64,000 bases of DNA from Neocallimastix sp. 'constans' (taxonomy: Eukaryota), in the NCBI GenBank assembly GCA_050613775.1, contig JBODTK010000113.1, forward strand, positions 186,001 through 250,000, written 5' to 3'. A program made the translations under genes and the position numbers. The notes beneath the pieces are model-generated. The model was given only the letters and a program-made list of their open reading frames with translations, was not told where the DNA came from and ran no database searches. This document shows positions 12,170 through 26,800 of the stretch, piece after piece. Within the stretch, counting starts at the first letter, position 1; the number at the start of each line of letters is the position of its first letter.

Positions 12170-14520
12170 AATTGTTTAAATATTTTATTAATTTTTTTTT
12201 TTAAATAAATAAATCTATATAATTGTTAAAGTATTTCATTCATATTTTTTTTAAATAAATAAATCTATATAATTGTTAAAGTATTTTATTAATATTTTTT
12301 TTAAATAAATAAATCTATATAATTGCTAAAGTATTTTATTAATAGTTGTTTAAATATTTTATTAATATTTTTTAAATAAATAAATCTATATAATTGTTAA
12401 AGTATTTTATTAATATTTTTTTTTAAATAAATAAATCTATATAATTGTTAAAGTATTGTATTAATATTTTTTTTTAAATAAATAAATCTATATAATTGTT
12501 AAAGTATTTTATTAATATTTTTTTTAAATAAATAAATCTATATAATTGCTAAAGTATTTTATTAATAGTTGTTTAAATATTTTATTAATATTTTTTTTAA
12601 ATAAATAAATCTATATAATTGTTAAAGTATTTTATTAATATTTTTTTTAAATAAATAAATCTATATAATTGCTAAAGTATTTTATTAATAGTTGTTTAAA
12701 TATTTTATTAATATTTTTTAAATAAATAAATCTATATAATTGTTAAAGTATTGTATTAATATTTTTTTTAAATAAATAAATCTATATAATTGTTAAAGTA
12801 TTTTATTAATATTTTTTTTAAATAAATAAATCTATATAATTGTTAAAGTATTTTATTAATATTTTTTTTAAATAAACAAATCTATATAATTGCTAAAGTA
12901 TTTTATTAATAGTTGTTTAAATATTTTATTAATATTTTTTAAATAAATAAATCTATATAATTGCTAAAGTATTTTATTAATAGTTGTTTAAATATTTTAT
13001 TAATATTTTTTAAATAAATAAATCTATATAATTGCTAAAGTATTTTATTAATAGTTGTTTAAATATTTTATTAATATTTTTTAAATAAATAAATCTATAT
13101 AATTGTTAAAGTATTGTATTAATATTTTTTTTTTAAATAAATAAATCTATATAATTGTTAAAGTATTTTATTAATTTTTTTTTTAAATAAATAAATCTAT
13201 ATAATTGCTAAAGTATTTTATTAATAGTTGTTTAAATATTTTATTAATATTTTTTTTAAATAAATAAATCTATATAATTGTTAAAGTATTTTATTAATAT
13301 TTTTTTTAAATAAATAAATCTATATAATTGCTAAAGTATTTTATTAATAGTTGTTTAAATATTTTATTAATATTTTTTAAATAAATAAATCTATATAATT
13401 GTTAAAGTATTTTATTAATATTTTTTTTAAATAAATAAATCTATATAATTGCTAAAGTATTTTATTAATAGTTGTTTAAATAAATAAATCTATATAATTG
13501 CTAAAGTATTTTATTAATAGTTGTTTAAATATTTTATTAATATTTTTTAAATAAATAAATCTATATAATTGTTAAAGTATTTTATTAATATTTTTTTCTA
13601 AATAAATAAATCTATATAATTGTTAAGGTATTTTATTAATATTTTTTTTAAATAAATAAATCTATATAATTGTTAAAGTATTTTATTAATATTTTTTTTT
13701 TAAATAAATAAATCTATATAATTGTTAAAGTATTTTATTAATATTTTTTTTAAATAAACAAATCTATATAATTGCTAAAGTATTTTATTAATAGTTGTTT
13801 AAATATTTTATTAATATTTTTTAAATAAATAAATCTATATAATTGTTAAAGTATTTTATTAATATTTTTTTTAAATAAATAAATCTATATAATTGTTAAA
13901 GTATTTTATTAATATTTTTTTTAAATAAATAAATCTATATAATTGTTAAAGTATTTTATTAATATTTTTTTTAAATAAATAAATCTATATAATTGCTAAA
14001 GTATTTTATTAATAGTTGTTTAAATATTTTATTAATATTTTTTAAATAAATAAATCTATATAATTGTTAAAGTATTTTATTAATATTTTTTTTAAATAAA
14101 TAAATCTATATAATTGCTAAAGTATTTTATTAATAGTTGTTTAAATAAATAAATCTATATAATTGCTAAAGTATTTTATTAATAGTTGTTTAAATATTTT
14201 ATTAATATTTTTTAAATAAATAAATCTATATAATTGTTAAAGTATTTTATTAATATTTTTTTTTAAATAAATAAATCTATATAATTGTTAAGGTATTTTA
14301 TTAATATTTTTTTTAAATAAATAAATCTATATAATTGTTAAAGTATTTTATTAATATTTTTTTTAAATAAATAAATCTATATAATTGTTAAAGTATTTTA
14401 TTAATATTTTTTTTAAATAAATAAATCTATATAATTGTTAAAGTATTTTATTAATTTTTTTTTAAATAAATAAATCTATATAATTGTTAAAGTATTTTAT
14501 TAATATTTTTTTTTTAAAAT
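12170..14520. repeat. Minisatellite (~50-bp unit plus ~70-bp variant) inside the MULE
   Basis: Repeats of AAATAAATAAATCTATATAATTGTTAAAGTATTTTATTAATAT(n), interspersed with the variant ...AATTGCTAAAGTATTTTATTAATAGTTGTTTAAATATTTTATTAATAT(n). Confidence 0.97.
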
Positions 14521-17500
14521 AAACCTTTTAATTGTTTGAATATTAAACCTTTTAATTGTTTGAATATTTTATTTTATTTTTTTTTTTTTTTGTAAAAAAA
14601 TATTTATTTTTATCTAACCATTATAATTTATTTAATTATTCACTTAATAAATTTTAAGAAAAAAATTACAAATTAATAATACAACAAAATAGTATCATAT
14701 AACTATTAATTTAAAAAACCTCAAAATTTGATATATCACGTGAAAAAAATTGGCGAAATGCAATTTGGCGAAATGCCCCACACCCATTTATATGTCTTAA
14801 TATTCTAACCATAATTAAGTAAAATTTTTCTTTATCATGGTGTTGCATTTATTATTGATTTTGCTATTAAAAAGAGTAAAAATAATTGCCTATATAAAAC
14901 AATGAAGAAATAAAATTAATAATTTATTAAATATTTAAAATAATTTTATTAATAAATATTTTTTAAAAAAAATAATGAATTTTTATTTACTTTAATTAAA
15001 TAGAGATATTACTAAACTTTACCACCAAATATTTTTTTTATATTATTTTTTAATAAATATTAATTATTTGAAAAAATTTACCTTACTACTAATAATAAAA
15101 CTTTTATTTAATATTTATATTTATAATTAATAGATATATACATTTTGTTTATACAATATATATTTTATTTTATTATTATAGTGATTATTAGAAAAAAAAA
15201 AGTATAAAAGAAAGAAAAATTTTCAATTGTTTTGAACTTCAGACTTTTAAAAAAATTAGAAAAGTTATTTAATTTAATTTAAAAAGAATTAAATATCTTT
15301 GATAATTAACAGTGAGAATAAATTAAAAAAAAAGAAGCCATTCAGGTGAAGAAGAAAGGAAAAAAATTCTTTATTAAGGAAATTTTATTTTAATTAAAAG
15401 TCTCATCATTGGAATCTTTAAAAACCATTGGAAATGAATTAAAAGAAGAAGAAGAAGAAGAAAAGAAGAAAAGAAGAAATAATAACTACCATGGAATTAG
15501 ATTCTATTCTACTTTATTTTTATTTGAATTATGTTTTAAGAATAAATCAGGTATTTATTTTTTATAAACAAAATTTAAATAAAAATGAAATTATAGTCAA
15601 AGCAAAACCCCTGTCTTGTGTTAGACAGTTCCTGCAATCTTTTTTAGCTAAGGATTTATTGAATTTGAAAGCCATGACTTAATTTAGACAGTTTCAGCAA
15701 TTAAAAAGTCGTAAATTATAAAGTGCTGTCTAGTGTCAAATCAACAAATATCCATTGATGAGCCTAATGTAATTCGAATATTCTAAATTAAAAAGAAAAC
15801 AAACCAAAAATTATCTTTGAAATTTAGACGAATACAGCAATCATTTCTTTTTTTTAAAAAAATATTTTTACTATTTTTTTTGTATTAAAGTTTTGAATTC
15901 TTTTCAAAATGAAAGAAAAAGAAAAATAAGTTTTAATTTTTAATTCTATTTATATAAAATAAAAATAAGAATTAAAAAATTTATTTTTAATTAATAGTAT
16001 AATATAAATTTTGATAAAAAATAATAATAAAATTATTATTTTAAATAGAAATAAATTAAAAAAACAAGTTAATTAAATCAATAAATTAACATTCGTCTAG
16101 TATTCAAAAAACCAAAGAAAATAAGTTTTTTATATCCAATTTTATAAATTAAAATTTGAATTAAAAGAATTTATTTCTTTAATGGATAAACCAAAATATA
16201 TTTGAATTAGGAATAATAGAAATTATAATATATTAAGAAATATATGTAAAACAATATTTCTTTTTATATATTATTTTTAATATTTTTATTTTAAATATAA
16301 TATTATAACTAATTAAAATATTAAAATAAATAAAAAAATAAAAGAAATTTTTAAATAAAATAAAATAATGATTAATTAATAATACAATAATAAAAAAAAA
16401 TGTAAAAGAAGAATTTTTTAAAATATAAAAAAAAATTTAAATTTAATAAAGCTAAAATAATATAAAAAATTTAAAAATAAGCTCATTTATTTTTGTTATT
16501 TATTTTTTGTTTTATTTTTGTGTAATAATAAGTAAAAAAAAAAGAAATATTTTAACTTTTTTTTTCTTTTTTTTTTTTTTCATTTAAGAATAATAATGTA
16601 AAATTAAAAAATAATAATAAGTAAATGGTTATTGTATTAGTATATAAATTTTATATTTAAATAAATTAATGAATAAATAAAATATAAAATAAATAATTTT
16701 TTATTTATTGTTATATTATATTCTAACAGTATTTAAGTAAAAGTTTTCCTAATTATGGTAAAAAAAAAGAATTATTGAATATTTTAAATAGATATATTTT
16801 ATTAGAAAGATTAAAAGGAAAATTTATTTTATTTGTACTATTTGTGGCTTCTTAATAATAAAATGAATTTATTTAAAGAATAAAACAATGTATTTCAAAT
16901 AAAACGAAAATAATTTACAAATAAAAAAAATAATTAATTAATATATTTTTAAACATATTTATATGTCTTAATATTCTAACCATAATTAAGTAAAATTTTT
17001 CTTAATCATAGTGTTGCATTTGTTATTGATTTTGTTATTAGAAAGAGTAAAAATAATTGCCTATATAAAACAATGAAGAAATAAAATTAATAATTTATTA
17101 AATATTTAATATAATTTTATTAATAAATATTTATTTAAAAAAAATAATGAATTATTATTTACTTTAATTAAATAGAGATATTACTAAACTTTACCACCAA
17201 ATGTTTTTATTTTATATTATTTGTTAATAAAAAATAATTATTTGAAAAAATTTACTTTACCACTAATAATAAAAATTTTATTTAATATTTAAAAATTTGA
17301 GTAATACATAAAAATATTTTGTTTATATGATATATATATATATCATTTTATTATTATAGTGATTATTAGAATAAAAAAAAAGTATAAAAGAAAGAAAAAT
17401 TTTCAATTGTTTTGAACTTCAGACTTTTAAAAAAATTAGAAAAGTTATTTAATTTATAAGAAAATTAAATATCTTTGATAATTCATATTAAAAAGAAATT

Positions 17501-20500
17501 GAAAAAAGAAAAAAAGCCATTCAGGTAAAGAAGAAAGAAAAAAAATTCTTTATTAAGGAAATTTTATTTTAATTAAAAGTCTCATCATTGGAATCTTTGA
17601 AAACCATTGGAAATGAATTAAAAAAAGAAGAAGGATAAGAAAAGAAGAAATAGTTACTACCATGGAATTAGATTCTATCCTACTTTATTTTTATTCGAAT
17701 TTTATTTTAAGAATAAATCAGGTATTTATTTTTTATGGACAAAATTTAAATAAAAATGAAATTTTAATGAAAGCAAAACCCCTGTCTTGTGTTAGACAGT
17801 TACTGCAATCTTTTTTAGCTAAGGATTTATTGAATTTGAAAGCCATGACTTAATTTAGATAGTTTTCAGCAATAAAAATTGTAAAGTTTTAAAATGCTGT
17901 CTAGTGTCAAATCAACAAATATCCATTGATGAGCCTAATGTAATTCGAATATTCTAAATTAAAAAGAAAAAGAAAACAAACCAAAAATTATCTTTGAAAT
18001 TTAGACGAATTCAGCAATCATTTCTTTTTTTAAAAAAATATTTTTACTATTTTTTTGTATTAAAGTTTTGAATTCTTTTCAAAATGAAAGAAAAAGAAAA
18101 ATAAGTTTTTTTTAATTCTATTTATATAAAATAAAATAAGAATTAAAAAAATTTATTTATAAATAATAATATAAATATAAATTTTAATAAAAAATAATAA
18201 TAAAATTATTATTTTAATAAGAAATATATAAATAAAAAAAAGCAAGTTAATTTAATAAAAGAATTAGCATTCGTCTAGTATTCAAAAACCAAAGAAAATA
18301 AGTTTTTTTATTTAATTCAATTTTATAAATTAAAATGTGAATTAAAGGAATTTATTTCTAAAGCGTATAAAATAAAATATATTTGAATTAGGAATAATAG
18401 AAATTATAATATATTAAGAAATATATGTAAAACAATATTTCTTTTTATATATTATTTTTAATATTTTTATTTTAAATATAATATTATAACTAATTAAAAT
18501 ATTGAAATAAATAAAACAATAAAAGAAAATTTTAAATCAAATACTAATTAATTAATAATAAAATATAAATAAAAAAAAATATAAAAAAAAAAAAAAATAA
18601 AGAATATTATAAATTATAAAAAAAATCAAATTAAATAAAGCTCAAATAATATAATCAAATTTAAAAATAAGTGTGTTTATTTTTGATGACTATTTTTTTC
18701 TTTTTTTTTTTATAATAATAAGAAAAAATAGCAATTCTTTTGAAGTTTATATATATATATATATTATTTAAAAATAATAATCTAATTTTAAAAATGAAAA
18801 AAGTAAAAGTTTATAGTAAATAAAATTTATATTTAAATAAATGAATAAATAAATAAATTATAAAATAAATAATTTTTCTTTAAGTAAAATTTTTCTTAAT
18901 CATGATAAAAAAAAAAGAAATGTATATATACAAAAAAAAGAAAAATAAAAACTAAAATTAATAAACTATTATTTTTTAATTATTATTAAATATTTAAAAA
19001 AAAAAAGAAATATATACATAAAAAACAAGTAAAAATGAAATAAATATTTTATTAAATATTTTATATAATTTCTTTTAAGATAGACAATTCAAACTCTAAT
19101 CCATAAGGAGGTGAGGTTCGTTGTATATGAACTTTTTTCTGAATTTATTTATACACTTATTTTTGATTATTATTGTTTATTTAACGTTACTATTTCATTT
19201 ATTATTATGTTTAAATTGAACAAATAATATTTATTTATTTTATTAATTCTGTATTTTTTTATTTTTTATTATAATTAAAAGTATTCATGTATTTTATATA
19301 AGAATAAATAAATAAAGATTAAAGTTCGCAATAATTGCGGCTATAAAATTAAATTTAAATATTTAATATAGTTTTATTATTAAATATTTAAAAAAAAATT
19401 ATTAAATTATTACTTAAACAAAGATATTACTAAACTTTACCACCTAATATTTTTTAATAAATATTAACTATTTGAAAAACTTTACTCTACCACTAATAAT
19501 AAAACTCTTATTTAATATTTATATTTTTAATTAATACAAATAAGCATTTTGTTTATATAATATATTTTATTTTATTAATAAAAAGATTATCAGAAAAGAA
19601 AGTATAAAAGAAATAAAAATTTTCAATTGTTTTGAACTTCAGACTTTTAAAAAATTAGAAAAATTATTTAATTTAATTCAAAAAAAATTAAATATCTTTG
19701 ATAATTAACAGTAAGAAGAAATTTAAAAAGAAAAAAGAAGAACTTCAAGTAAAGAAGAAAGAAAGAAAATATTATTAAGGTAATCCTATTGTAAGTAAAA
19801 CAATTAAAAGTCTCATCATTGGAATCTTTAAAAACCATTGGAAATGAATTAAAAGAAGAAGAAGAAGAAGAAAAAAAGAAGAAATAGTTACTACCATGGA
19901 ATTAGATTCTATTCTACTTTATTTTTATTTGAATTTTGTTTTAAGAATAAATCAGGTATTTATTTATTATGAACAAATTTTAAATAAAAATGAAACTATA
20001 GTCAAAGCAAAACCCCTGTCTTGTGTTAGACAGTTCCTGCAATCTTTTTTAGCTAAAGATTTATTGAATTTGAAAGCCATGACTTAATTTAGACAGTTTT
20101 CAGCAATTAAAAAGTCGTAAATTATAAAGTGCTGTCTAGTGTTAAATCAACAAATATCCATTGATGAGCCTAATGTAATTCGAATATTCTAAATTAAAAA
20201 GAAAAAGAAAACAAACCAAAAATTATCTTTGAAATTTAGACGAATACAGCAATCATTTCTTTTTTTAAAAAAATATTTTTACTATTTTTTTTGTATTAAA
20301 GTTTTGAATTCTTTTCAAAATGAAAGAAAAAGAAAAATAAGTTTTTTTTAATTCTATTTATATAAAATAAAAATAAGAATTAAAAAATTTATTTATAATT
20401 AATAATATAAATATAAATTTTAATAAAAAATAATATAAAATTATTATTTTAAATAGAAATAAATTAAAAAAACAAGTTAATTAAATAAATGAATTAGCAT

Positions 20501-23500
20501 TCGTCTAGTATTCAAAAGACCAAAGAAAATAAGTTTTTTATTTAATTCAATTTTATAAATAAAAATTTGAATTAAAAGAATTTATTTCTAAAATGTATAA
20601 AATAAAATATATTTGAATTAGGAATAATAGAAATTATAATATATTAAGAAATATATGTAAAACAATATTTCTTTTTATATATTATTTTTAATATTTTTAT
20701 TTTAAATATAATATTATAACTAATTAAAATATTGAAATAAATAAAAAAATAAAAGAAATTTTTAAATAAAATAAAATAATGATTAATACAATATAAATAA
20801 AAAAATGTAAAAGAAGAATTTTTTAAAATATAAAAAAAATTTAAATTTAATAAAGCTAAAGTAATATAAAAAATTTAAAAATATTATCATTTATTTTTGT
20901 TATTTATTTTTTGTTTTGTTTTTGTGTAATAATAAGTAAAAATAGGAACTCTTTTAACTTTTTCTTTTCTTTTTCTTTCTTTTTTTTTATTCAATTTTTT
21001 TTTATTTAAGAATAATGTAAAATTAAAAAATAATAAAAAGTAAATGGTTATAGTATTAGTGTATAAATTTTATATTTAAGTAAATGAATGAATAAATAAA
21101 ATATAAAATAAATAATTTTTTATTTATTGTTATATTTAATAATTTTTAATATATTTAATTAACATTATATTCAAAGTATTTTTCAATTAAGATTTAATAA
21201 AAATTCATCTATTATATAAATTTTTATATAAATACAAGTCCGTCTGGATTTTCCTTTTTATTTATTTCGTTAAGGCAATGATACAATTTGCAATAATAAT
21301 TTTTAATAATTATGGTAAAAAAAAAAAAAAAAAGGAAAAAAAAAATAAAAATTAATAAAATATTATTTATCATTATAAGTATTATATACATATATAAAAG
21401 AATTATTGAATATTTTAAATAGAGATATAATTTTATTAGAAAGATTAAAAGGTTTGATAAAATTTATCATATTTGTACTATTCATGGCTTGTTAATAAAT
21501 ACAATGAATTTATTTAAATAATAAAACAATGAATAATTTACAAATAATAAAAATAATTAATATAATTTTAAAAATATTTATATGTCTTAATATTCTAACC
21601 ATAATTAAGTAAAATTTTTCTTAATCTTAGTGTTGCATTTGTTATTGATTTAGTTATTAGAAAGAGTAAAAATAATTGCCTATATAAAACAATGAAGAAA
21701 TAAAATTAATAATTTATTAAATATTTAAAATAATTTTATTAATAAATATTTTTTAAAAAAAAAATAAATTATTATTTACTTTAATTAAATAGAGATATTA
21801 CTAAACTTTACCACCTAATATTTTTTTTTGTATTTTTTTTTAATAAATATTAATTATTTGAAAAAATTTACCCTACCACTAATAATAAAAACTCTTATTT
21901 AATATTTATATTTATAATTAATAGATATATACATTTTGTTTATACAATATATATTTTATTTTATTATTATAGTGATTATTAGAATAAAAAAAAAGTATAA
22001 AAGAAAGAAAAATTTTTATATTTTTTGAACTTCAGACTTTTAAAAAAATTAGAAAAGTTATTTAATTTATAAAAAAATTAAATATCTTTGATAATTAACA
22101 GTGAGAATAAATTGAAAAAAAGAAGCCATTCAGGTGAAGAAGAAGGAAAAAAAAATTATTAAGGTAATCCTATTGTAAATAAAATAATTAAAAGTCTCAT
22201 CATTGGAATCTTTGAAAACCATTGGAAATGAATTAAAAGAAGAAGAAGAAGAAGAAAAAAAGAAGAAATAGTTACTACCATGGAATTAGATTCTATTCTA
22301 CTTTATTTTTATTTGAACTTTGTTTTAAGAATAAATCAGGTATTTATTTTTTATAAACAAAATTTAAATAAAAATGAAATTATAGTCAAAGCAAAACCCC
22401 TGTCTTGTGTTAGACAGTTCCTGCAATCTTTTTTAGCTAATGATTTATTGAATTTGAAAGCCATGACTTTATTTAGGCAGTTTTCAGCAATAAAAATTGT
22501 AAAGTTTTAAAATGCTGTCTAGTGTCAAATCAACAAATATCCATTGATGAGCCTAATGTAATTCGAATATTCTAAATTAAAAAGAAAACAAACCAAAAAT
22601 TATCTTTGAAATTTAGACGAATACAGCAATCATTTCTTTTTTTAAAAAAATATTTTTACTATTTTTTTTGTATTAAAGTTTTGAATTCTTTTCAAAATGA
22701 AAGAAAAAGAAAAATAAGTTTTTATTTTAATTCTATTTATATAAAAAAAATACAAATTAAAAAATTTATTTATAATTAGTATAATATAAATTTTAATAAA
22801 AAATAATAATAAAATTATTATTTTAAATAGAAATAAATATACAAAACAAGTTAATTTAATAAAAGAATTAGCATTCGTCTAGTATTCAAAAACCAAAGAA
22901 AATAAGTTTTTTTATTTAATTCAATTTTATAAATTAAAATGTGAATTAAAGGAATTTATTTCTAAAGCGTATAAAATAAAATATATTTGAATTAGGAATA
23001 ATAGAAATTATAATATATTAAGAAATATATGTAAAACAATATTTCTTTTTATATATTATTTTTAATATTTTTATTTTAAATATAATATTATAACTAATTA
23101 AAATATTGAAATAAATAAAAAAATAAAAGAAAATTTTAAATCAAATGATAATTAATTAATAATAAAAAATGTAAAAAAAAAAAAAAATAATAAAGAATAT
23201 ATAAATTATAAAAAAAAAAATTTAATTAAATAAAAGCTCAAATAATATAATCAAATTTAAAAATAAGTGTGTTTATTTTTGTTATCTATTTTTTGTTTTG
23301 TTTTTGTATAATAATAAATAAAAATAGCAATTCTTTTGAAGTTTTTATATATATATATATATATTATTTAAAAAATAATATTATAATTTTAAAAATGAAA
23401 AAAAGTAAAAGTTTAAATAAATGAATGAATGAATAAAATATAAAATAAATATTTTTAAGTAAAATTTTTATTAATCATGGTAAAAAAAAAAACAAAAAAA

Positions 23501-23831
23501 AAAAACAAAAAAAAAAAAAAAAGAAAAAGAAAAATTAAAAATTAATAAACTATTATTTTTTTATTATTATTAAATATTTTATGAAAAAAGAAAAAAAAAA
23601 GAAATACACAAATAAAAAACAAGTAAAAATGAAATTAATAATTTATTAAATATTTTATATAATTTCTTTCAGATAGACAATTCAAACCCTAATCCATAAG
23701 GAGGTGAGGTTCGTTGCATATGAACTTTTTTCTAAATTTATTTATACACTTATTTTTGATTATTGCATTTTATTTCAAGTTAATATTTCAATTATTATTA
23801 TGTTCAAATTGGATAAATAATATTTATTTAT

Positions 23832-23872
<41 letters not shown>

Positions 23873-26800
23873 TAAAATTAAAAGTATTCATGTTTATTAT
23901 AAAAGAATGAATAAATAAATAAAGATTAAAGTTCGCAATAATTACGGCTATAAAAAAAAAATAAAATAAAATAAAACGAGATTAATTTACAAATAATAAA
24001 AATAATATAATTTATATAATTTTAAACATATTTAATTAACTTCATATTCTAACAGTAATTAAGTAAAATTTTTATTAATAATGATTTTGCATTTATTACA
24101 GATTTTTTTTATTAAAAAAAGTAAAAAAAAAATTGCCTATATAAAAAAATACAGAAATGAAATTAAAATATATTAAATATTTAATATAATTTTATTGGTA
24201 AATATTTTTTTTTAAAAAATAAAGAATTATTATTTACTTAAATCAAATAGAGATATTACTAAACTTTACCACCAAATATTTTTAATTAATATTATTTTTA
24301 AATAAATATTAATTATTTGAAAAAATTTACTCTACCACTATTAATAAAACTCTTATTTAATATTTTTATTTATAATTAATAGATATATATATTTTGTTTT
24401 ATTGGTAAAAAGATTATTAGTAAAAAACAAAAAAGTATAAAAGAAAGAAAAATTTTCAATTGTTTTGAACTTCAGACTTTTAAAAAAATTAGAAAAGTTA
24501 TTTAATTTAATTTAAAAAGAATTAAATATCTTTGATAATTAGCAGTGAGAAGAAATTGAAAAAAAATACAGAAATTTAAGTGAAGAAGAAAGAAAGAAAA
24601 ATTTATAAAGATAATCTTATTGTATAAAATAATTAAAAGTCTCATCATTGGAATCTTTAAAAACCATTGGAAATGAATTAAAAAAAGAAGAAGAAGAAAA
24701 GAAGAAATAATAACTACCATGAAATTAGATTCTATTCTATTCTATTTTTATTTGAATTTTGTTTTTAAAATAAATCAGGTATTTATTTTTTATGGACAAA
24801 ATTTAAATAAAAATGAAACTAAAGTCAAAACAAAACCCCTGTCTTGTGTTAGGCAGTTCCTGCAATCTTTTTTAGCTAAGGATTTATTGAATTTGAAAGC
24901 CATGACTTAATTTAGGCAGTTTTCAGCAATTAAAAAGTCGTAAATTATAAAGTGCTGTCTAGTGTTAAATCAACAAATATCCATTGATGAGCCTAATGTA
25001 ATTCGAATATTCTAAATTAAAAAGAAAAAGAAAACAAACCAAAAATTATCTTTGAAATTTAGACGAATACAGCAATCATTTCTTTTTTTAAAAAAATATT
25101 TTTACTATTTTTTTTGTATTAAAGTTTTGAATTCTTTTCAAAATGAAAGAAAAAGAAAAATAAGTTTTTTTTAATTCTATTTATATAAAATAAAAATAAG
25201 AATTAAAAAATTTATTTATAATTAATAATATAAATATAAATTTTAATAAAAAATAATAATAAAATTATTATTTTAAATAGAAATAAATTAAAAAAACAAG
25301 TTAATTAAATAAATGAATTAGCATTCGTCTAGTATTCAAAAGACCAAAGAAAATAAGTTTTTTATTTAATTCAATTTTATAAATAAAAATTTGAATTAAA
25401 AGAATTTATTTCTAAAATGTATAAAATAAAATATATTTGAATTAGGAATAATAGAAATTATAATATATTAAGAAATATATGTAAAACAATATTTCTTTTT
25501 ATATATTATTTTTAATATTTTTATTTTAAATATAACATTATAACTAATTAAAATATTGAAATAAATAAAAAAATAAAAGAAATTTTTAAATAAAATAAAA
25601 TAATGATTAATACAATATAAATAAAAAAATGTAAAAGAAGATTTTTTAAAATATAAAAAAAATTTAAATTTAATAAAGCTAAAGTAATATAAAAAATTTA
25701 AAAATATTATCATTTATTTTTGTTATTTATTTTTTGTTTTGTTTTTGTGTAATAATAAGTAAAAATAGGAACTCTTTTAACTTTTTCTTTTCTTTTTCTT
25801 TCTTTTTTTTTTATTCAATTTTTTTTTATTTAAGAATAATGTAAAATTAAAAAATAATAAAAAGTAAATGGTTATAGTATTAGTGTATAAATTTTATATT
25901 TAAGTAAATGAATGAATAAATAAAATATAAAATAAATAATTTTTTATTTATTGTTATATTTAATAATTTTTAATATATTTAATTAACATTATATTCAAAG
26001 TATTTTTCAATTAAGATTTAATAAAAATTCATCTATTATATAAATTTTTATATAAATACAAGTCCGTCTGGATTTTCCTTTTTATTTATTTCGTTAAGGC
26101 AATGATACAATTTGCAATAATAATTTTTAATAATTATGGTAAAAAAAAAAAAAAAGGAAAAAAAAAAAATAAAAATTAATAAAATATTATTTATCATTAT
26201 AAGTATTATATACATATATAAAAGAATTATTGAATATTTTAAATAGAGATATAATTTTATTAGAAAGATTAAAAGGTTTGATAAAATTTATCATATTTGT
26301 ACTATTCATGGCTTGTTAATAAATACAATGAATTTATTTAAATAATAAAACAATGAATAATTTACAAATAATAAAAATAATTAATATAATTTTAAAAATA
26401 TTTATATGTCTTAATATTCTAACCATAATTAAGTAAAATTTTTCTTAATCTTAGTGTTGCATTTGTTATTGATTTAGTTATTAGAAAGAGTAAAAATAAT
26501 TGCCTATATAAAACAATGAAGAAATAAAATTAATAATTTATTAAATATTTAAAATAATTTTATTAATAAATATTTTTTAAAAAAAATAATAAATTATTAT
26601 TTACTTTAATTAAATAGAGATATTACTAAACTTTACCACCTAATATTTTTTTTTGTATTTTTTTTAATAAATATTAATTATTTGAAAAAATTTACCCTAC
26701 CACTAATAATAAAAACTCTTATTTAATATTTATATTTATAATTAATAGATATATACATTTTGTTTATACAATATATATTTTATTTTATTATTACAATGAT

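Larger units (their letters stand above)
8844..14785 (+). mobile_element. Mutator-like (MULE) DNA transposon, 5942 bp, inserted in an array spacer
   Basis: Imperfect terminal inverted repeats: left GAATGTGGTCCATTTCGCCAA from 8844; right end reverse complement GGGTGTGGGGCATTTCGCCAA ending at 14785, with CATTTCGCCAA duplicated there. The flanks rejoin to the normal spacer sequence (TTAATATAATTTT / ATTTATATGTCTTAATATTCTAACC). It encloses a transposase ORF. No clear TSD. Confidence 0.9.

Noticed and set aside
12170..14520. CRISPR-like array
   Set aside because: There are no unique spacers, the context is eukaryotic and there are no cas genes.
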